51,194 nt of DNA from Girardia tigrina. Lineage: Eukaryota. The notes under the pieces are model-generated. The model saw only the letters and a list, made by a program, of their open reading frames with translations, was not told the DNA's origin and ran no database searches. The position numbers were made by a program, and so were the translations under genes. The DNA lies in NCBI GenBank assembly GCA_001938485.1, contig MQRK01185861.1, forward strand, positions 1 through 51,194, written 5' to 3'. Below are positions 48,060 to 51,194 of the stretch, in pieces; position 1 is the first letter of the stretch; every line of letters begins with the position of its first letter.

Positions 48060-48432
48060 AATAATATTTATTAAGAACACTATTATGATTTCCAATATTT
48101 TATTGACATCAAAACTCGAATTGCTTCCAGGAGAATTCTCCACAAAACTTTCGTAGTTAGACATCGTTCTTGATTGATAAATTGAAATTCTATTTTTAAA
48201 CTTAAATACTTAAAAAATTAAATACTTTGATTCAAATATTATTATATATTTATTGATTAAAATAAATTAATTTAATTTTCAAGTTGTAATTTACATTTCA
48301 AAATTGTCCGAATAATCCGACGGTTCAAAACACTTAAAATATCAATCTTCCATCCGGGTGAGAGAAACACAATCCTAAAAACAAAATACCAAACATAATA
48401 TACAATAAACACCATTCGAAAATATTCCTCTC
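48060..48432. repeat. Dispersed repeat homologous to 23880-24410
   Basis: Same conserved blocks as 23880-24410. Confidence 0.75.
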
Positions 48433-49299
48433 AATATTATTTATAAAACGTTATGTATGTTTTTTTAAGATTATTGGAAAAAATATTTTAAATTTTGTTT
48501 TATAAACAAAATGATAATTATTTTTTTCTATAATTTAAATTTTTTCTGATTTATTTTAAAATGTTTCTTTATGTTATTTATTTATTTATTTATTCTAGAA
48601 TGGTGGCCCAATAACGCAATAAATGACCATTATGAACAAGTTTATCCAGCATGAAAGTCCTATCTTTTCCAAGCCCTTCAGTCGGAAACTCGAATCTTAT
48701 GCATTTTTCAATAAAGATATATAAATAAAGTCGACTTGAAACAAACAAAAAAAGAATTTTAACTTGTTTATATATTAAATATACATTTTTTATTTTAATG
48801 ATGTGTTTTTGCTTTAAATTGTTAAAATACATTTAACACAATGCTTAAAAAATAGAAACTTTTTGAAAAATTAATCACTTATAATACTTGGTAACCGAAT
48901 ACAGCTGTCGATAATCTGTGGAACTTGAGGAAGGACTCATTACAACGACTCCTTTATTTTTATCTATAAATGAGAATATAATATTTTTCATGAAAGATGT
49001 GTAGAATTAAAAAAATATTAAACTAAATAAAAAAATTGTATATTATTGAGTGTAAAAAAATTACAAAATTAAAATAAAATCGAGATTTTTGTTTAGAGTT
49101 TACTTTTTATTTATTATTTACAAAGAGATTTTTGATTTACTGAATTTATTATCAAAATAATAATAATAAATATTGAACGACACATTTCAAAATTTATTAT
49201 TATTAATTTTGGTAGATTACGCGCCATCATAAGACTAAATTAAAATTAGTTTAATTGTAGCTTATTTATGCAAGTGGTGATTACATAATCGGTTGTGTC

Positions 49300-49640
49300 A
49301 TCACAGTTCTATTTGAAAATATTTAACAGAGAAGTTTAGTGGAAAGGTTGAATATTAATTTTCGGATCCATTAATCTTATTAATAATGTTTTTGACTTCA
49401 CTCTTTCCCAATGATTTTAAATCGATTAAACAGAATTTTAAAATAATTTTCTTCAATTTTCTTTTTACAATTTAAATTGTATTTAGCAATATTGCTCTCA
49501 TTATTCAATAAACTATGCTCTTTGATATCTTCGCAGAAATGATGAGTCTCTTCAATGTATATGGCGTTCCACTCATTACAAGTATATCTATAAACAAGAT
49601 CAGAGCACAAACCGAGGGGTGAGGAAAACTTCCTGTTGTA
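49300..49640 (-). mobile_element. Penelope-like GIY-YIG endonuclease remnant
   Basis: DLVYRYTCNEWNAIYIEET..IKEH..SNIAKY..FKIL. Confidence 0.75.
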
Positions 49641-49731
49641 CTAGTCTCGAATTTTATTTTAAATTCAGAGTATTTGGAATCACACTTTTAAAAATTGATG
49701 ATTTAAAATGTTTAAAACTGTAAAAGAGCTA

Positions 49732-50400
49732 CAGTGTCTACTCTCTCATCCGCCAAAAACGGGACTTCGCAAAAATGTAGCGGTTGAGAGAAAATAAAGA
49801 AAATAAAATAAAAGACAAAGTTTATTTTTTAATTAACCAACGTTGAATTTTTCTTACTATTTTTTAATTACTTACTATTTCTATGGATTTTGAATCAATA
49901 TTAACACGATGTGACGGACAATTATCAATAACCAATAAAATTATTGTTCTTGTCTTTCAAAGTTCCAAATCCCATTCTAACAGCCATTTGTTAAAAATTG
50001 CGGCTGTCATCCAAGATGAATTTACATATTTTACATATGTCTCAATAGGAAATTGCTTAAAACAACGTGGTTTTTTAAATTTCCCGATGACTACAGGTTT
50101 TGGCTTATTCTTTCCCATCATATTTGTACAAAAAAGAACAGATATTCTATCTTTCAATATTTTATACCCGCTTCTCACATTTTTACACAAAGTTTTAGAA
50201 GGAATGAGTTTATAAAAAATGCCAGTTTCATCGGCATTGTATACATTATCCGGACCATAAGAACGAATGTTACTATTTAAAACATTTAAAAAATCTTCAT
50301 TATTTGGAAGTGCTGTTGCAAAAGATTCTCCATGTAAATTTCGATTTTTCCAACTTTATGTACGATTAATTCTGTTCGATTAAAACGTGTTTTCTTTCCT
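49732..50400 (-). mobile_element. pogo/Tigger transposase fragment
   Basis: VYNADETG (~50222-50244), KDRISVLFCTN, KPVVIGKFKKPRCF, SWMTAAIF; TA-CAGT terminus at 49730. Confidence 0.88.
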
Positions 50401-51194
50401 CAAATGATATTTTGAAAATCCCAATTGATTTTATAATTCCATTGAACTATTTCAACGACATTGTATTGGTTTATTGTTACCGATTGTAATATTGTGACTA
50501 TGTGTCTCGCAATTATAATCAACTCAAGAATATATTAGTAAAATCTTGTTGTGGTATGGCTACCGTCTGTAATAATGTGCTTATGTCTCACGATTAAATT
50601 CAATTTTAGGTGAAGAATATTCCTTGATTAATCCAATAAACTTAAAAATCAAACAAAGAATTTTCTCTGTACGAACAACAAGAATGAATATCACTGTTAT
50701 TAATTAAATATATTTCAAATTTAACACAACTGATTAAAAGTTGAACAGGACTCACACTCAAATTTGTAGTTTTAAAATCTAATAATAAAAAATACTTAGT
50801 TGGATCTTCTAAATCACCAAAAATTAATTCAAAGTTAACACCAGCAAGAATTATTATCAAGCAAAATGTAAGTTTAGTATTTGTACGGTAGGGAATGGTA
50901 ATTAAAAATCAACGGATTAATTTGATCAGACACGAGTCTTTGGCCAATTCAGATAATAATCAAATGTTTCTTTTTTTAACGTTATTTATAAACCAATTTG
51001 GTCAATAGGATAATAAACACAAATACAGTCTGAGTCATATAATTATCACTTTTTTAAATAAAGCCCTATCTTTTCATTATTTAAGATATATCTCTGTAAT
51101 TTAGTATATATATATATTACTCATGTTATATAACAATATTTTAAATAAAAGAAATTAATATGATAGCTATAATTGAAAAAAAACACAAAATCAT

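Noticed and set aside
48598-48720. Exon-like segment EWWPNNAINDHYEQVYPA*
   Set aside because: In-frame stops and no recognisable family; at most a pseudo-exon.
50610-50867. Exon-like segment between TTTTAG and GTAAGT
   Set aside because: Stops and frameshift in the apparent frame, and no identifiable product within the window.

Overview
AT-rich eukaryotic DNA, most likely a triclad planarian such as Schmidtea (inferred from the divergent Pax6, the TTAGGG repeats and the TE content). The only clear host gene is a Pax6, probably the divergent planarian paralogue pax6B, on the + strand. It has a probable non-coding first exon, a short ATG exon at 25817-25874 and five more coding exons ending at 44129 (about 561 aa, paired domain plus S50 homeodomain). 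The rest is nested transposon debris: Gypsy, RTE-like and RLE-type LINEs, Penelope-like remnants with minimal hammerhead ribozymes, Tc1/mariner, pogo, piggyBac, hAT MITEs and Helitron-like ends. The most unusual object is a young, structurally complete, non-autonomous LTR element at 916-5081 (minus strand; 5-bp TSD, tRNA-Leu-like PBS). Its single reading frame encodes a ~75-aa ubiquitin-like domain ending in LLGG fused directly to Gag, then two CHCC fingers, an in-frame protease and a second CHCC pair, with no RT or integrase. The ORF track hides this because one in-frame TGA, in a TGA-CTA context, sits inside the ubiquitin-like domain.
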